NCBI GenBank assembly: GCA_038891615.1
Contig: JAWADY010000002.1
Span: 64,994 to 128,993 of the forward strand
DNA: 64,000 bases
Reading direction: 5' to 3'
DNA from: Candidatus Woesearchaeota archaeon
GTDB lineage: Archaea; Nanobdellota; Nanobdellia; Woesearchaeales; ARS49
In this document: in pieces, positions 38,191-48,243 of the stretch
Numbering within the stretch: the first letter of the stretch is position 1
Layout: the number at the start of each line of letters is the position of its first letter
Notes under the pieces: model-generated
The model's database searches: none
The model's input: the letters and a program-made list of their open reading frames with translations, nothing else
Told to the model about the DNA's origin: nothing
Position numbers and translations under genes: made by a program

Positions 38191-38264
38191 GGGGCAGTAA
38201 CTCAGCCCGGGAGAGTGCACGGCTGAAGACCGTGGTGTCGCCGGTTCAAATCCGGCCTGCCCCA
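38191..38264 (+). tRNA. tRNA-Phe (anticodon GAA), no encoded CCA.
   Basis: Cloverleaf with acceptor GGGGCAG/CTGCCCC, D-arm ACTC-AGCCCGGGA-GAGT, anticodon arm CACGG-CTGAAGA-CCGTG, and T-arm GCCGG-TTCAAAT-CCGGC. Confidence 0.85.
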
Positions 38265-40454
38265 TTAGCCAAATCTAAGGGTTGCTGCCATTATTCTTAG
38301 GGCAATAAAGTTGAAAAGCAGAATCACAAATAGTGCAACGATGGTGTAAAGTGCTGTGCTTCTTATAAGATTCCTTCCAAGCACATAACGCTCGCCAAGC
38401 TTGTCAGCGCCGTTTTCTATGCCGTTTGCAAGGATAGTGAGTATTGCAATAATTTCAACAACATAGATGCCAACAACGAGCTGGAAATAATAAGTCGGTA
38501 TACCATCGCCAAGCAAGCTTGCAATTGAACTAAGCTTTTCTCCAACATCAGGAGTCTGGAGCTTTGAGAATTGGTGTGACAATGCGCCAATGATTGTTGT
38601 TATCATTGATGTTATCCCAATAACTATCCCTGCGATGGTGGGTGCAAGGAAGTTTATTTGTGATTTCATGTCTGCAATTATGTCAGCCATAAGGTCCTTT
38701 AGACGCTCATTAACCCTGTGTATCTCTTTTATGTACCTAGAGACATTCATGAGTGCTTGAGCAGCTATCTTTGGACCTTTCTTTATGCTTTCAACAAGCA
38801 CCTTCATTGAACTTTCCACTACTGCGCTCGGGAAGTATGTTAGTGCACCAATCCGTGGATGAAATATTGCGTCTCTCAATCCAAGTCCAAGCTTTCTTAT
38901 GTTCGTGGAGATGACGGCAAAGAAATTTCCTGAAACAGTTTCTCCCATAACCTCCGCAACGTTACCAACTGCCATTTCGGCAGGAATTCCATCACCAAGT
39001 CTATTTCCAAGTTGGAAAAGGGCAGATGCAAACTCTTCTTCAAGCCTTTTTGTTCGTTCTCTTATTTTTATCACATTGCTGCTTCTCATCCTAAAGTATA
39101 TGCCAAACCCTAACCCAAGCGCAAGTGGGAAAAGAAGAGATATGACAGAAGCACCAAGCCCATAAGGTCCGAGCTTTTTACCTACCAACCTTATCGAATC
39201 CCTGTATTCGAGAAGGCAGATAAGTCTTTTACATGTTGTTGTTTCTGTTTCAGCACCAAAACCCATATCAAATTCTGGTGAAAAGGCGTGAATAAGTAGC
39301 GGTGACATTGCGCCGATGAAGAGAACGCCTGCTATAACTACTGCTACAATTGCGGGATTAATTGTAAGTTCTGTTCTTCCAATCTTCAAAATAATGTTTT
39401 TGTACCTTTTCAGCTCTGGATTTATTTCTGAGATGTCGACATCTCCATATCCAGTTGGCCTTGTTGAAAGAATGTTTGTGCCCAGATGATAAACTCCAAG
39501 TGGCAGCAGTATGTTGTACAGAATGGCAACGTGATACCACTTTACTCCTTCGATAAAGCTTACAAGGAGAGGGAGTATAACAAGTCCAAGAACTGGAAGG
39601 ATTATTCCTAACATATGAAGGGTTGTTATTGGGCTCTTAAGATTATGGGCATAGTGCAGCATCTTTTCATAAGTCTCCTCAAGAATAACATCGAGGCTTT
39701 TGTCAAGGAGAGCCAGTCTTGCCTCTTCAGTAGGCTCGTAAAGCGAACCTTCAATAAGATGGAATGCTTCTACAAACTCTCTGTTCCAGTTTTTCCAGCC
39801 TTCAAGATAAACATCAAGGCTTTCCTTTACTGTATCATAAATTCCTGATTCTACATTCCACAAGACTTTCTTAAGGTCTAGAGAAAGAGGAGGCGCAAGG
39901 TGTTCTGAAGCAAATTGCAATGCAAGCTCGAGGTTCGAGGTATGCCGCATGTAGGTAACAACATAGAAAATGCATAGCACCATCTGATTTGATGCACGCA
40001 TTCTCCAGGTATTCGCAATTGTATATGGAAGATTTCCGAGAAGTGGAAAAAGCAGTATGCCAACAATAGTGCTCAGCATCGCGAAGAAGAACGAACCAAG
40101 AAGTATTGATATTAAAATTCCAAAAAGCATAACTGCAAGCGGTGCAACCGTTGAAAAGGCAACAGCCTCTTCAGGCCTTATTTCAAGGTGTGCAGTCTCG
40201 ATAGCCTCTTTTAGCTTCTCAAGCCTTTCTGTTTTGAGCCTAAGTCTTATCAGCTTTCCAGAGAACCTGCAGAGCTTTTCATAAAATGTCAGAGGTCTGG
40301 GAAACATTTCCTCCTTAAATTCCCTATACTCTCTTGTGATTATCCTTCTTGGAATTTGAGGAGGGCTCTGACCTAACTCCTGCTCAAGTCTTTCTTTGTA
40401 TTTTTGAACGAGAGACTTAACTTCTTCTTTTGCTCCTGGAGAGAGGTTGTTCAC
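38265..40454 (-). CDS. Polytopic membrane protein of the FlaJ/TadC/PilC (T2SS-F) family, a type IV pilus/archaellum assembly platform.
   Basis: 729 aa with about 8-9 TM helices. Lies immediately downstream of, and is co-directional with, the FlaI/PilB-like ATPase gene. Confidence 0.55.
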   Translation of the reverse strand: MNNLSPGAKEEVKSLVQKYKERLEQELGQSPPQIPRRIITREYREFKEEMFPRPLTFYEKLCRFSGKLIRLRLKTERLEKLKEAIETAHLEIRPEEAVAFSTVAPLAVMLFGILISILLGSFFFAMLSTIVGILLFPLLGNLPYTIANTWRMRASNQMVLCIFYVVTYMRHTSNLELALQFASEHLAPPLSLDLKKVLWNVESGIYDTVKESLDVYLEGWKNWNREFVEAFHLIEGSLYEPTEEARLALLDKSLDVILEETYEKMLHYAHNLKSPITTLHMLGIILPVLGLVILPLLVSFIEGVKWYHVAILYNILLPLGVYHLGTNILSTRPTGYGDVDISEINPELKRYKNIILKIGRTELTINPAIVAVVIAGVLFIGAMSPLLIHAFSPEFDMGFGAETETTTCKRLICLLEYRDSIRLVGKKLGPYGLGASVISLLFPLALGLGFGIYFRMRSSNVIKIRERTKRLEEEFASALFQLGNRLGDGIPAEMAVGNVAEVMGETVSGNFFAVISTNIRKLGLGLRDAIFHPRIGALTYFPSAVVESSMKVLVESIKKGPKIAAQALMNVSRYIKEIHRVNERLKDLMADIIADMKSQINFLAPTIAGIVIGITSMITTIIGALSHQFSKLQTPDVGEKLSSIASLLGDGIPTYYFQLVVGIYVVEIIAILTILANGIENGADKLGERYVLGRNLIRSTALYTIVALFVILLFNFIALRIMAATLRFG

Positions 40455-40482
40455 TAGTCCACCTCTTTTTGCAATTTAGCCC

Positions 40483-42780
40483 TTATCCAATCGCGAATTC
40501 CTTTTTAATACTCCTCTTGAGCCACTCATTCCATTCGAAAAATATTCTTTCTGTATCAAGCCTTCCAACTTCCTCAAGTATCTTATCCGAGATGTTGTGG
40601 AAGGCATCATTTGCAGTTATAACAAACTTTGCCTCAAGAATGTCTGGTCTTTTGAGAGCTCTGGCTGTCTCAACCAGCGTTTCTTTGATTCTTGCTCTTA
40701 AGTTTATGTTCTCCCACACTGCATCCCAGTTGCCAGCCCATTCTTTTACATTTGAAGCAATTGCCTTTAGCACATCGCTGTCGCCAGCAAGAAGGTCTTG
40801 TGTTGGCTGCAGCGTGTCTGTGCGCACATCGTATCTCATCAAATCAACGAAACCTTTCTCTGCAAGAGGGTCTTCTTCCCAAAACTTTCTTACTTCTGTG
40901 ATTTGGGTTATCCTTCTCCACCTATGCAGGCCATCTGGACTTCTTATCGGATTTGCCACAACAATGAGATCTGTCGCCTTAAAGGATGTTCTTGGAACAC
41001 CAAGGTCATTAACAACTCTATCAAAGACACCGTACGGGCTGTCGCCGTGAATCGTTCCAGCAACGACATTTGCGAGGGCACCAACTCTCATTGCTTCGTA
41101 GAGCGCGCGAGCCTCAACAGACCTTACTTCTCCTATGATAAGGCTGCTGTCTCCCAGCCTAAGTGTTGTACGCAAGCCTTCTTCTGCAGGCACTTCTGTT
41201 GTTCCACGGGTCAATGCGCTGGCTACCTTCATAGATTGAATGTTGTAGCCAAGCTCGCGCAGAGAGCTAACTGGTAACTCAAGTGTATCTTCTATGGTCA
41301 ATACTCTTATCCTGCGCATTATCTCTGTCATAAGCGATGCCAGAAAAGATGTTTTTCCTGCAGATCTTGTACCTGCGATTAGCATTGTTCGCGCGCCATC
41401 GATGCAAAAGCTCAGAATGCCTGCGCCAAGAGGGCTAATCATTCTGTTTTCTATGAAAAGTGGAAGAGTCCATGGCTTGTCGCGATGCCTCCTGAAGCTA
41501 TACGCAATACCTGTTGGGTTCAATGGAGCTGTTATTGCCGCAATCCTTGCACGCGCTCTTGGTATAATAAGTTCTGTATCAAGAATTGGATTTGCCTCAT
41601 CAAAAGGCCTATTCGAGAGAAGTCTCAGCTTTGAGGCCCAGCTTTCAGCCTCGCTTGCTGTTGGCACAATGTTTGTCATGCAGTCAGCATAATCAGCCTG
41701 TACAACAAATATTGGAATCCTGCCCATGGGACTGTTAACCGAGATATCCTGTATTTTTTCATCCTGAAGAAGAACTTCAACAAGTCCAAAGCCAACTGTG
41801 TACCTCACTAGGATGTTTGCAAGCTCCTGCAGTTCTTTTTCTCGAAGTTTCAGGCCGCGATACTCCGCAAGTTCCTCAAGAAGGTCAGAACCAATCCGCT
41901 CAAAAACCTGCCTCATACGCTCCGGGTCTACGAACTCTGAGCGTTTTGGCTTGTGTTCTACGATAATATTTCTCGCAGAATCAAGGAGCTCATACTTCTC
42001 CTCACTAAGCTTGAATTCTGGAGGAATAATATGATAAAGGTATTGTACCGTGTTCGGTAGGGAAAAGATGTTGACTTCTGTTCCATTTACAATGTAGCTC
42101 TCAAGCAGCTCTGCATCCGGCGGAAAGCTTGACATTAGTTTGGTAAACATAAAGTCTGGCTTTATTGTCGGCGAAAATATTCTTCTATAAATGTCCCTCT
42201 CGCCAACCTTGTATCCTGCTAATTGCTCTTTTGCAAGCTTGATGAGTGTTGTTTGTTGGAGTAAGCCAAGTGCGTCCTCCACTGCCTTAAGATAGCGCTG
42301 CAGGCACCTCTGGCCTTCGGGAGAGGCATGCTTAAGATATTCTCTTTCTCGTCTTGCAATGCGCTCCAGCTCAACATAAGCTCCCACAGGATCGCTTTTT
42401 AGCATTGTATGTAGGATTGACTGCAGCTCTGTGTATCTCCTTGTTAACCATTTCAAGCACGTCATATCAGATAAGAAGCCATACGCCAATCTTCTGCGTA
42501 GCAGCTCCTTGTACGCAATTGCTATCTCATTAAGTATTGCTGTTTGAGTGCCATCATATTCATAATCGCGCTTTTGCACAAAAACAATTCTTGTAACTGT
42601 GCCAACCTCTGCAAGAATGTCAATTGTCATTGACATTGTTTTTGGAGAATCTTCAATTGAGGGAAAAAATGTGCAGGCCTCTGCATCTATTCTAAGAATT
42701 ATCTCCTCACCTTCTCTTATAATCTCGTAGCTGAAACAACCTCTATCAGGCATGTGAAGTCCTCCCACCTCTTTGAGCAA
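40483..42780 (-). CDS. Type II/IV secretion-system ATPase of the FlaI/PilB/GspE/VirB11 family, 765 aa with an N-terminal extension.
   Basis: Walker A LIAGTRSAGKTSFLASL. Asp-box VLTIEDTLELP. His-box region. C-terminal hexameric ATPase domain. Confidence 0.8.
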   Translation of the reverse strand: MLKEVGGLHMPDRGCFSYEIIREGEEIILRIDAEACTFFPSIEDSPKTMSMTIDILAEVGTVTRIVFVQKRDYEYDGTQTAILNEIAIAYKELLRRRLAYGFLSDMTCLKWLTRRYTELQSILHTMLKSDPVGAYVELERIARREREYLKHASPEGQRCLQRYLKAVEDALGLLQQTTLIKLAKEQLAGYKVGERDIYRRIFSPTIKPDFMFTKLMSSFPPDAELLESYIVNGTEVNIFSLPNTVQYLYHIIPPEFKLSEEKYELLDSARNIIVEHKPKRSEFVDPERMRQVFERIGSDLLEELAEYRGLKLREKELQELANILVRYTVGFGLVEVLLQDEKIQDISVNSPMGRIPIFVVQADYADCMTNIVPTASEAESWASKLRLLSNRPFDEANPILDTELIIPRARARIAAITAPLNPTGIAYSFRRHRDKPWTLPLFIENRMISPLGAGILSFCIDGARTMLIAGTRSAGKTSFLASLMTEIMRRIRVLTIEDTLELPVSSLRELGYNIQSMKVASALTRGTTEVPAEEGLRTTLRLGDSSLIIGEVRSVEARALYEAMRVGALANVVAGTIHGDSPYGVFDRVVNDLGVPRTSFKATDLIVVANPIRSPDGLHRWRRITQITEVRKFWEEDPLAEKGFVDLMRYDVRTDTLQPTQDLLAGDSDVLKAIASNVKEWAGNWDAVWENINLRARIKETLVETARALKRPDILEAKFVITANDAFHNISDKILEEVGRLDTERIFFEWNEWLKRSIKKEFAIG

Positions 42781-42867
42781 AGGTTTTTAGCACTTTGACA
42801 TGGTTACACAATTTATTATCCTGCTAAGCAAAACCTTATTAAAGCAAATTTATAAGCTTTTGCAAAA

Positions 42868-43368
42868 ATGCCTGAAGAACTGCTGCCGCCGATAGGAACT
42901 AATATCGCGCCTGAACCCGCAAGCCAAGCTACAGAGCCATCCCAACAGCCAAAGCGCCTTTTCAAGTCAAAAATGCCAGAAACGACAGAGCTTTCATCGC
43001 TGCGTGAGGAACTTCTATCACTCAGCACCCGTCTAAGAGTGTCCGAAGAGCGCTATGTTGACTTTCGAAGAAAGCTTCAACTTCTAGAGCAAAACCTTCT
43101 TTCAAACCACAAACGGGTAATGGAAGAAATAAAGCTCCTGCTCTCAGAAACAACAGAGCTAAAAAAGAAGATTGATGAGATTGAAAACAAACTCCTTCTT
43201 ATTGTAAAGGAATTACAACTCACAGCAAAAAGAGAAGATGTGGAAGTAATGAAAAAGTATTTTGAACTTTGGAGCCCAGTTAGTTTTGCAACAATTTCTC
43301 AGGTTGAGAAAATGATTGCAGAAGCGCTACAGGAACGGCAAGGAGATGCCGAAGAAGAAAAGACATGA
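42868..43368 (+). CDS. Coiled-coil protein of 166 aa, divergently oriented from the pilus ATPase gene.
   Basis: Heptad-rich helical sequence (LSLSTRLRVSEERYVDFRRKLQLLEQNLL...). Confidence 0.4.
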   Translation: MPEELLPPIGTNIAPEPASQATEPSQQPKRLFKSKMPETTELSSLREELLSLSTRLRVSEERYVDFRRKLQLLEQNLLSNHKRVMEEIKLLLSETTELKKKIDEIENKLLLIVKELQLTAKREDVEVMKKYFELWSPVSFATISQVEKMIAEALQERQGDAEEEKT

Positions 43369-43470
43369 TGACTTGCCCTAGAGCAGCTTCTCACTCCAAT
43401 CTTCAAACCAGAAACCTTTATAAAAGCCACATTCCAAATTCGTTCAAGAGCAAGCTTAAAAGAGGAAAAG

Positions 43471-44184
43471 ATGCCTTTGTTCGGCCTTTTTGGTAAAAAA
43501 AAGGAAACCCCTCCTTCGCCTTTTGAAGGGCTTAAGCAAGAGCTTGCACCTCCCCTTGTTCAACGAGTCATTTCGCTTCAGCAACAAGGCCTTTCAAACA
43601 GCCAAATCATCGAGGCTCTCCAAAGAGAGGGCTTTGCTCTTGACAAAATTGTGGAAGCATTGAATCAAGCCGCTGCACCTCCGCCTGCTGGGCCCATTCC
43701 TACGGAGATGCCACAAGCCCCTCCACCAACTCCACCGTCAGAGCTTCCTCAAGCTCCTCAACCAGTGCCTGCACCGCCTGCAATGTATCCTGCTGAATAT
43801 CCTGAATATACCTATCCAGCTTACCCAGCCTATCCTGCTGAAGAAATACTTTCCCGAGAGAATGTTGAGGCAATTGCTGAGTCGATAGTTGAGGAGCGTT
43901 GGAAGGAGGCTACAAAAGAGCTTACAAAGTTGAGTGAATGGAAGGAAGCTTCAACAAGAAGACTTGACAAGCTTGAGCAGTCTCTTACGGACCTTAAAGC
44001 TGACATTGATAACCTTCACAAAGCACTCGTTGCAAAAATAAGCGAATACGACAAGAGTCTCATTGATGTTGGCGTAGAACTTAAGGCGATGGAAAAGGTT
44101 TTTCAGAAAGTGCTTCCAAGCCTAACAGAATCTGTTTCAGAACTATCACGAATTACGCAGCGGGTAAAAAAGGCAAAGAAGTAA
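43471..44184 (+). CDS. Protein of 237 aa with an N-terminal small helical domain, a Pro/Tyr-rich linker (YPAEYPEYTYPAYPAYPAEE) and a C-terminal coiled coil. It is possibly a paralogue of the preceding gene.
   Basis: The C-terminal heptad pattern is similar to the upstream ORF. Low-complexity PAPP linker. Confidence 0.4.
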   Translation: MPLFGLFGKKKETPPSPFEGLKQELAPPLVQRVISLQQQGLSNSQIIEALQREGFALDKIVEALNQAAAPPPAGPIPTEMPQAPPPTPPSELPQAPQPVPAPPAMYPAEYPEYTYPAYPAYPAEEILSRENVEAIAESIVEERWKEATKELTKLSEWKEASTRRLDKLEQSLTDLKADIDNLHKALVAKISEYDKSLIDVGVELKAMEKVFQKVLPSLTESVSELSRITQRVKKAKK

Positions 44185-44312
44185 CTTCATAGTGCATTTC
44201 GTTGGGCACTTTTGCGCCCAAATCATTGCAGCTTATCTAAATTTTTATGAGATTTTAATTTTTAAAGGCGAGAACAGTTATATTTTTAAACAGCCTCCAT
44301 CTCTTTTGTTGA

Positions 44313-45506
44313 ATGCTAATTGGTCTTGTTGGTAAGCCTTCTGCTGGCAAAAGCACTTTCTTTAAGGCACTAACTCTCGCGGAAGTTGCCATTGCACCGT
44401 ATCCTTTCACCACGATAAAACCAAATGAGGGCGTTGGTTTTGTTCGAGTTGATTGTGTTGAAAAGGAATTTGGGGTTGCCTGCAATCCTCGCGAGGGTTA
44501 TTGTAGCAATGGCATTCGTTTTGTTCCAATCAAATTGATGGATGTTGCCGGGCTTGTGCCAGGCGCGCATCTTGGGAAAGGACTTGGGCTTCAATTTCTT
44601 GACGACCTTAGGCAGGCAGAATGCCTTATACATATTGTTGATGCTTCTGGAAGCACGAATGAAAAAGGCGAGGTTGTTGCTCCAGGGAGCTACGACCCTT
44701 CATATGACATAAAATTTCTTGAGCATGAGCTTGACATGTGGTTTCTTGAAATCATAAAGCGTGGTTGGGAAAAGGTTGCCAAGCTATCTCAACAGACAAA
44801 AAAAGAAGTTTCTACAATTCTTGCAAGACAACTCTCTGGTTTGAATGTGAGTGAAGAGCTTGTCAGGGAACTTATATCAAAACTTGGTCTAGACCCTCTT
44901 TCTCCCATGTCCTGGAGCGAAGAAGTTCTTCACAGCCTTGCTATTGATCTTCGTAAAAGGACAAAACCCCTACTCATCGCAGCAAACAAGGCAGACATTC
45001 CTGAATCTGAAAAGAATATAAAGAGGATGGTTGAGCTCTTTCCAGATAAGGAAGTGGTTCCATGCTCTGCAGAAGCAGAGCTCGCGCTCAAAGAAGCAGC
45101 AAAGGCAGGTTTAATAAAATACTTGCCAGGCAGCAGTGATTTTGAAGTTGTTGGAAAGCTTAACGATAAACAGGCCGCTGCACTTGAATTTATTAGACAG
45201 AATGTGCTTAAAAAGTACGGAAGTACGGGTGTACAACAAACTCTTGATGATGCTGTATTCAAACTTCTTGGTTACATTGCAGTATTTCCTGGTGGTGTAA
45301 ACAAACTTGCAGACCAATTTGGGCGTGTTCTTCCGGATTGTTTTCTCATGCCAAAAAACAGCACAGCACTTGACTTTGCATTCAGAATTCATACAGATCT
45401 TGGAAAGGCGTTTGTAAGAGCAGTTGATGTGCGCTCGAAAAAAACAATTGGTAAAGACTATTTGCTAAAGCACAGGGATGTCATTGAGATTGTTGCAAAG
45501 GCATAG
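44313..45506 (+). CDS. Obg-like GTPase/ATPase of the YchF/Ygr210 family with a C-terminal TGS domain.
   Basis: G1 LVGKPSAGKSTFFKALT. YPFTTIKPNEGV. NKAD-like AANKAD. TGS-like C-terminus. Confidence 0.7.
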   Translation: MLIGLVGKPSAGKSTFFKALTLAEVAIAPYPFTTIKPNEGVGFVRVDCVEKEFGVACNPREGYCSNGIRFVPIKLMDVAGLVPGAHLGKGLGLQFLDDLRQAECLIHIVDASGSTNEKGEVVAPGSYDPSYDIKFLEHELDMWFLEIIKRGWEKVAKLSQQTKKEVSTILARQLSGLNVSEELVRELISKLGLDPLSPMSWSEEVLHSLAIDLRKRTKPLLIAANKADIPESEKNIKRMVELFPDKEVVPCSAEAELALKEAAKAGLIKYLPGSSDFEVVGKLNDKQAAALEFIRQNVLKKYGSTGVQQTLDDAVFKLLGYIAVFPGGVNKLADQFGRVLPDCFLMPKNSTALDFAFRIHTDLGKAFVRAVDVRSKKTIGKDYLLKHRDVIEIVAKA

Positions 45507-45550
45507 TTGCAAAACTTTCAGCCCCTTCAAAACGCATTTGTCAGACCCAT

Positions 45551-46705
45551 CTAAACTTTGAAAAGCCTTTCATGCAGCTTGCTAAAAGCTTTTAATCGCT
45601 CAAGAAATCGGTGCCATGCGCGCCTAGGAATACGCGCTCCCGCTGCCGGGATGTGGCCTCCAGCTGCTGCTTGAGCAATCCCTCGCACAGCCCGGTCAAG
45701 GAGTGCATTAACCTTTACTTTTTTGTCACTCCTTCTTCCGCTGACATCCCACCAGCCATCAGCACGCCGATAAACGATGAGCGTACGGTGAGGGTGCCTA
45801 AAGGCTGCTATTGTGCTAAGCGTAGAAGAGATTTTGAGTGGTGAACTTGCATCATAAAAAACTATTTCTCCAGGAGGAGTATTTCTCACAGCAATGTCAA
45901 ACCTTTTTAAGTGGCCCTTCAACTCATCATTCATTTTCTTTGTAATGAGTTTGAATGCGTTTATAATCTCCAAAGGGCTCTTTGCATCATAGACAACCTT
46001 CCAACATTTTTTTACACCATCTTTGCTGTACTTTATTGCTGATTGGATTGCATTGGCCGCCTTTCCAAAAGCACTCCTCCACACATCCTTTCCAATCCTA
46101 AGTCTTTTTTTGGCCGCAGCCTTTTGAACAAAGCCCTTCCAACAATTATAACCTGCATCCGCAACAATTCCTATTGCTGCAATCCAATCAAACGAAGAAA
46201 TGTCAGCAACGGTCATTCCAAAATCGTATGCAAGTTTTGAGCTGCAATAGCTCGCAGCCTCTTTTGTTGAGAAAAGCTGCGGTTTTATCAAAAGACCATT
46301 TTTAATTGTTTTTGAGTACAAAGGGTGATGGTCAAGGATAAGAAGCCTTGCAAAACTTGAGATGCTTTTTACGATATTCTTTAGTTGATCAAGCGCAAGG
46401 TCTGTTGTTATAACCATGCTAATCCTTGCTCTTTTTAGTTTTGAAATTGTTGCTTTGTTTGGTCTTCGTTCAGGTTCTGAAATAACAAGTTCTGGTGACC
46501 TTCCCCTCACCGCTTCAATGAGTTTCGAAATGATTACTGCAGAGCACAGCCCATCAGGGTCTGCATCATGAATTATTGCAACCCTTCTTCCTCGTGTTGA
46601 AGCAAGGAATCTTACAAAGCTACTCTCCAGCCTTTCACGAACCTTTTCAAGCGATTTATGCTTTCTTGTCATATCCTCTCTTGCGTTTGAACGCAAATAT
46701 GCCAA
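45551..46705 (-). CDS. DHH/DHHA1 family phosphoesterase (NrnA/RecJ-like nuclease).
   Basis: IIHDADPDGLCSA (DHH motif I), ILDHHP (DHH), GGGH-like AAGGHIPAAG (DHHA1). Confidence 0.7.
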   Translation of the reverse strand: MAYLRSNAREDMTRKHKSLEKVRERLESSFVRFLASTRGRRVAIIHDADPDGLCSAVIISKLIEAVRGRSPELVISEPERRPNKATISKLKRARISMVITTDLALDQLKNIVKSISSFARLLILDHHPLYSKTIKNGLLIKPQLFSTKEAASYCSSKLAYDFGMTVADISSFDWIAAIGIVADAGYNCWKGFVQKAAAKKRLRIGKDVWRSAFGKAANAIQSAIKYSKDGVKKCWKVVYDAKSPLEIINAFKLITKKMNDELKGHLKRFDIAVRNTPPGEIVFYDASSPLKISSTLSTIAAFRHPHRTLIVYRRADGWWDVSGRRSDKKVKVNALLDRAVRGIAQAAAGGHIPAAGARIPRRAWHRFLERLKAFSKLHERLFKV

Positions 46706-46736
46706 AATGACAGCTTGTCAACTCTTGGCAGTGCTT

Positions 46737-47123
46737 TCAAGAATCACTGCCTTTTTTTCTCATACGCTCAAAAGTCGCAGCGATATCAATTATGTACTTC
46801 CCATCAGCAACTTTAAATATCAATGGCTCATTTTTAAAAAGCCTTACGAGGTCTAGTTCGTACTTTCCTGGCTTCAGAACATTAATGCTCTCCAAGTCAA
46901 GCACAACTGGTTTTTCTGGCTCTTCAAGTCCTATAATTTTGAAGATGTCAGATTCGATTTCTTTCTTTTCCTTTTCTGAAAGAGGGCTCGCTGGCCCTTC
47001 TGGTTGCTTCAGCTTTTCTTTCTTTATGAAAAAGAAAAGCTTCCCACCACAGGAACAACCCTTTAGTATCGCAGAAGAGCCATCATCGTAGAACGTATTG
47101 CACCGTACGCATTGGTGTGGCAT
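46737..47123 (-). CDS. Zn-ribbon-containing small protein.
   Basis: N-terminal CVRCN...CSCGGK. Same strand as, and tightly linked to, the next two genes. Confidence 0.35.
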   Translation of the reverse strand: MPHQCVRCNTFYDDGSSAILKGCSCGGKLFFFIKKEKLKQPEGPASPLSEKEKKEIESDIFKIIGLEEPEKPVVLDLESINVLKPGKYELDLVRLFKNEPLIFKVADGKYIIDIAATFERMRKKGSDS

Positions 47124-47126
47124 TTG

Positions 47127-47507
47127 CTATCTTTTTTTCCTCTTTTCTTGTGTAAAAAGTTCAATTTTGTGAGGGTCTTTCTTTATCTTCTTGACTATGC
47201 TGGCTGGCCCGATTATGGTCATTCCCTGCCTGTTTCCCAAAAGAAAGCTAAGGACGTTTTCGCGGAATTTCTTAATTCCTGAGAAGTTGCCTTGTTGAGG
47301 ATTTATAACTGCAAGCTCTATCCCTTTGAAATCCTTATTTATCTCTTCCATTGTTGCTTTTATAAGTTCAGCCTCTTCGTCCTTCGATAATCTCCCCTGA
47401 AAAAGAACTATCTTGTCTTCTTTTGCGACATTTAACAACTTTCTTATTCTTCCAACAGAGCTAAGCTGTTCAAGCTCACTATATGGAATGAATTGCAGGG
47501 TCACCAT
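47127..47507 (-). CDS. Conserved hypothetical protein in an operon with a small GTPase (resembles the DUF2073-type partner in archaeal Zn-ribbon/GTPase gene triplets).
   Basis: Its start codon is 2 nt from the GTPase stop. No catalytic motif. Confidence 0.3.
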   Translation of the reverse strand: MVTLQFIPYSELEQLSSVGRIRKLLNVAKEDKIVLFQGRLSKDEEAELIKATMEEINKDFKGIELAVINPQQGNFSGIKKFRENVLSFLLGNRQGMTIIGPASIVKKIKKDPHKIELFTQEKRKKR

Positions 47508-47508
47508 C

Positions 47509-48147
47509 TTATTTTCTCAGAAGCTCGTATAATTTTTCATAAAACTCGTTAATGTTCTTGCCATATTTTGCAGATATGCCAATAACATCGTATTGAGGAA
47601 AGGCTGTCTGAACCCTTTTCAGCTTGGCACGCTTGAGGTCTATCTTGTTTGCAGCGATTAGCACAGGTATTTTTCGAGCAGCAAGGTTCCCAACTATTGT
47701 TATGTTAACTTGTGAATAAGGGTCCTGAGTTGCATCTAATACGAGTACAACCCCGTCAACATCATCCAGCCACTTTATTGCTTCTATCACTCCTTTTGTT
47801 GCTTCGCGCGCCCTGCGCTTCGCTTTTGATTCAGGCAGCCCACTTTTGATGAAATCCTCATAATCTATTCTTGTTGCAATCCCTGGCGTATCAACAAGAC
47901 TAAATTGCAGTTCCTTGCCCTTCTTTAGTTTTATTACAATTCGCTCTTTTACATTGACCTCTCTTGTTTCGTGCGGAACTGGACTGACCTTTCCCATTTC
48001 TTTGCCAATCCAGTCCAAGCATATCTTGTTCGCAAGAGTTGTTTTCCCTGAATTTGGAGGACCATAAAGGCCAAGTTTAAGGGACTGTCTTCTTTTGAAA
48101 AGCTCGCCAAAAAGACCTCCGAAAACGCTCTTCAACAGCTTTAACAT
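47509..48147 (-). CDS. Small Ras-like GTP-binding protein.
   Basis: G1 GPPNSGKTT, G3 VDTPGI, G4 ANKID. Length 212 aa. Confidence 0.7.
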   Translation of the reverse strand: MLKLLKSVFGGLFGELFKRRQSLKLGLYGPPNSGKTTLANKICLDWIGKEMGKVSPVPHETREVNVKERIVIKLKKGKELQFSLVDTPGIATRIDYEDFIKSGLPESKAKRRAREATKGVIEAIKWLDDVDGVVLVLDATQDPYSQVNITIVGNLAARKIPVLIAANKIDLKRAKLKRVQTAFPQYDVIGISAKYGKNINEFYEKLYELLRK

Positions 48148-48243
48148 CTCTGCACCGCTTTTGCAATAAACAAAATAGGTTTTTATTTAAAACTTTCTAA
48201 AGAGAAAAATAAAAACTCAAGGCAAGAGAAGAAGTCAAATGCT

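Noticed and set aside
40430-41277. Plus-strand ORFs of 206, 159 and 69 aa overlapping the ATPase gene.
   Set aside because: They are antisense to a gene with clear Walker and Asp-box motifs, and their composition is biased by the sense strand.
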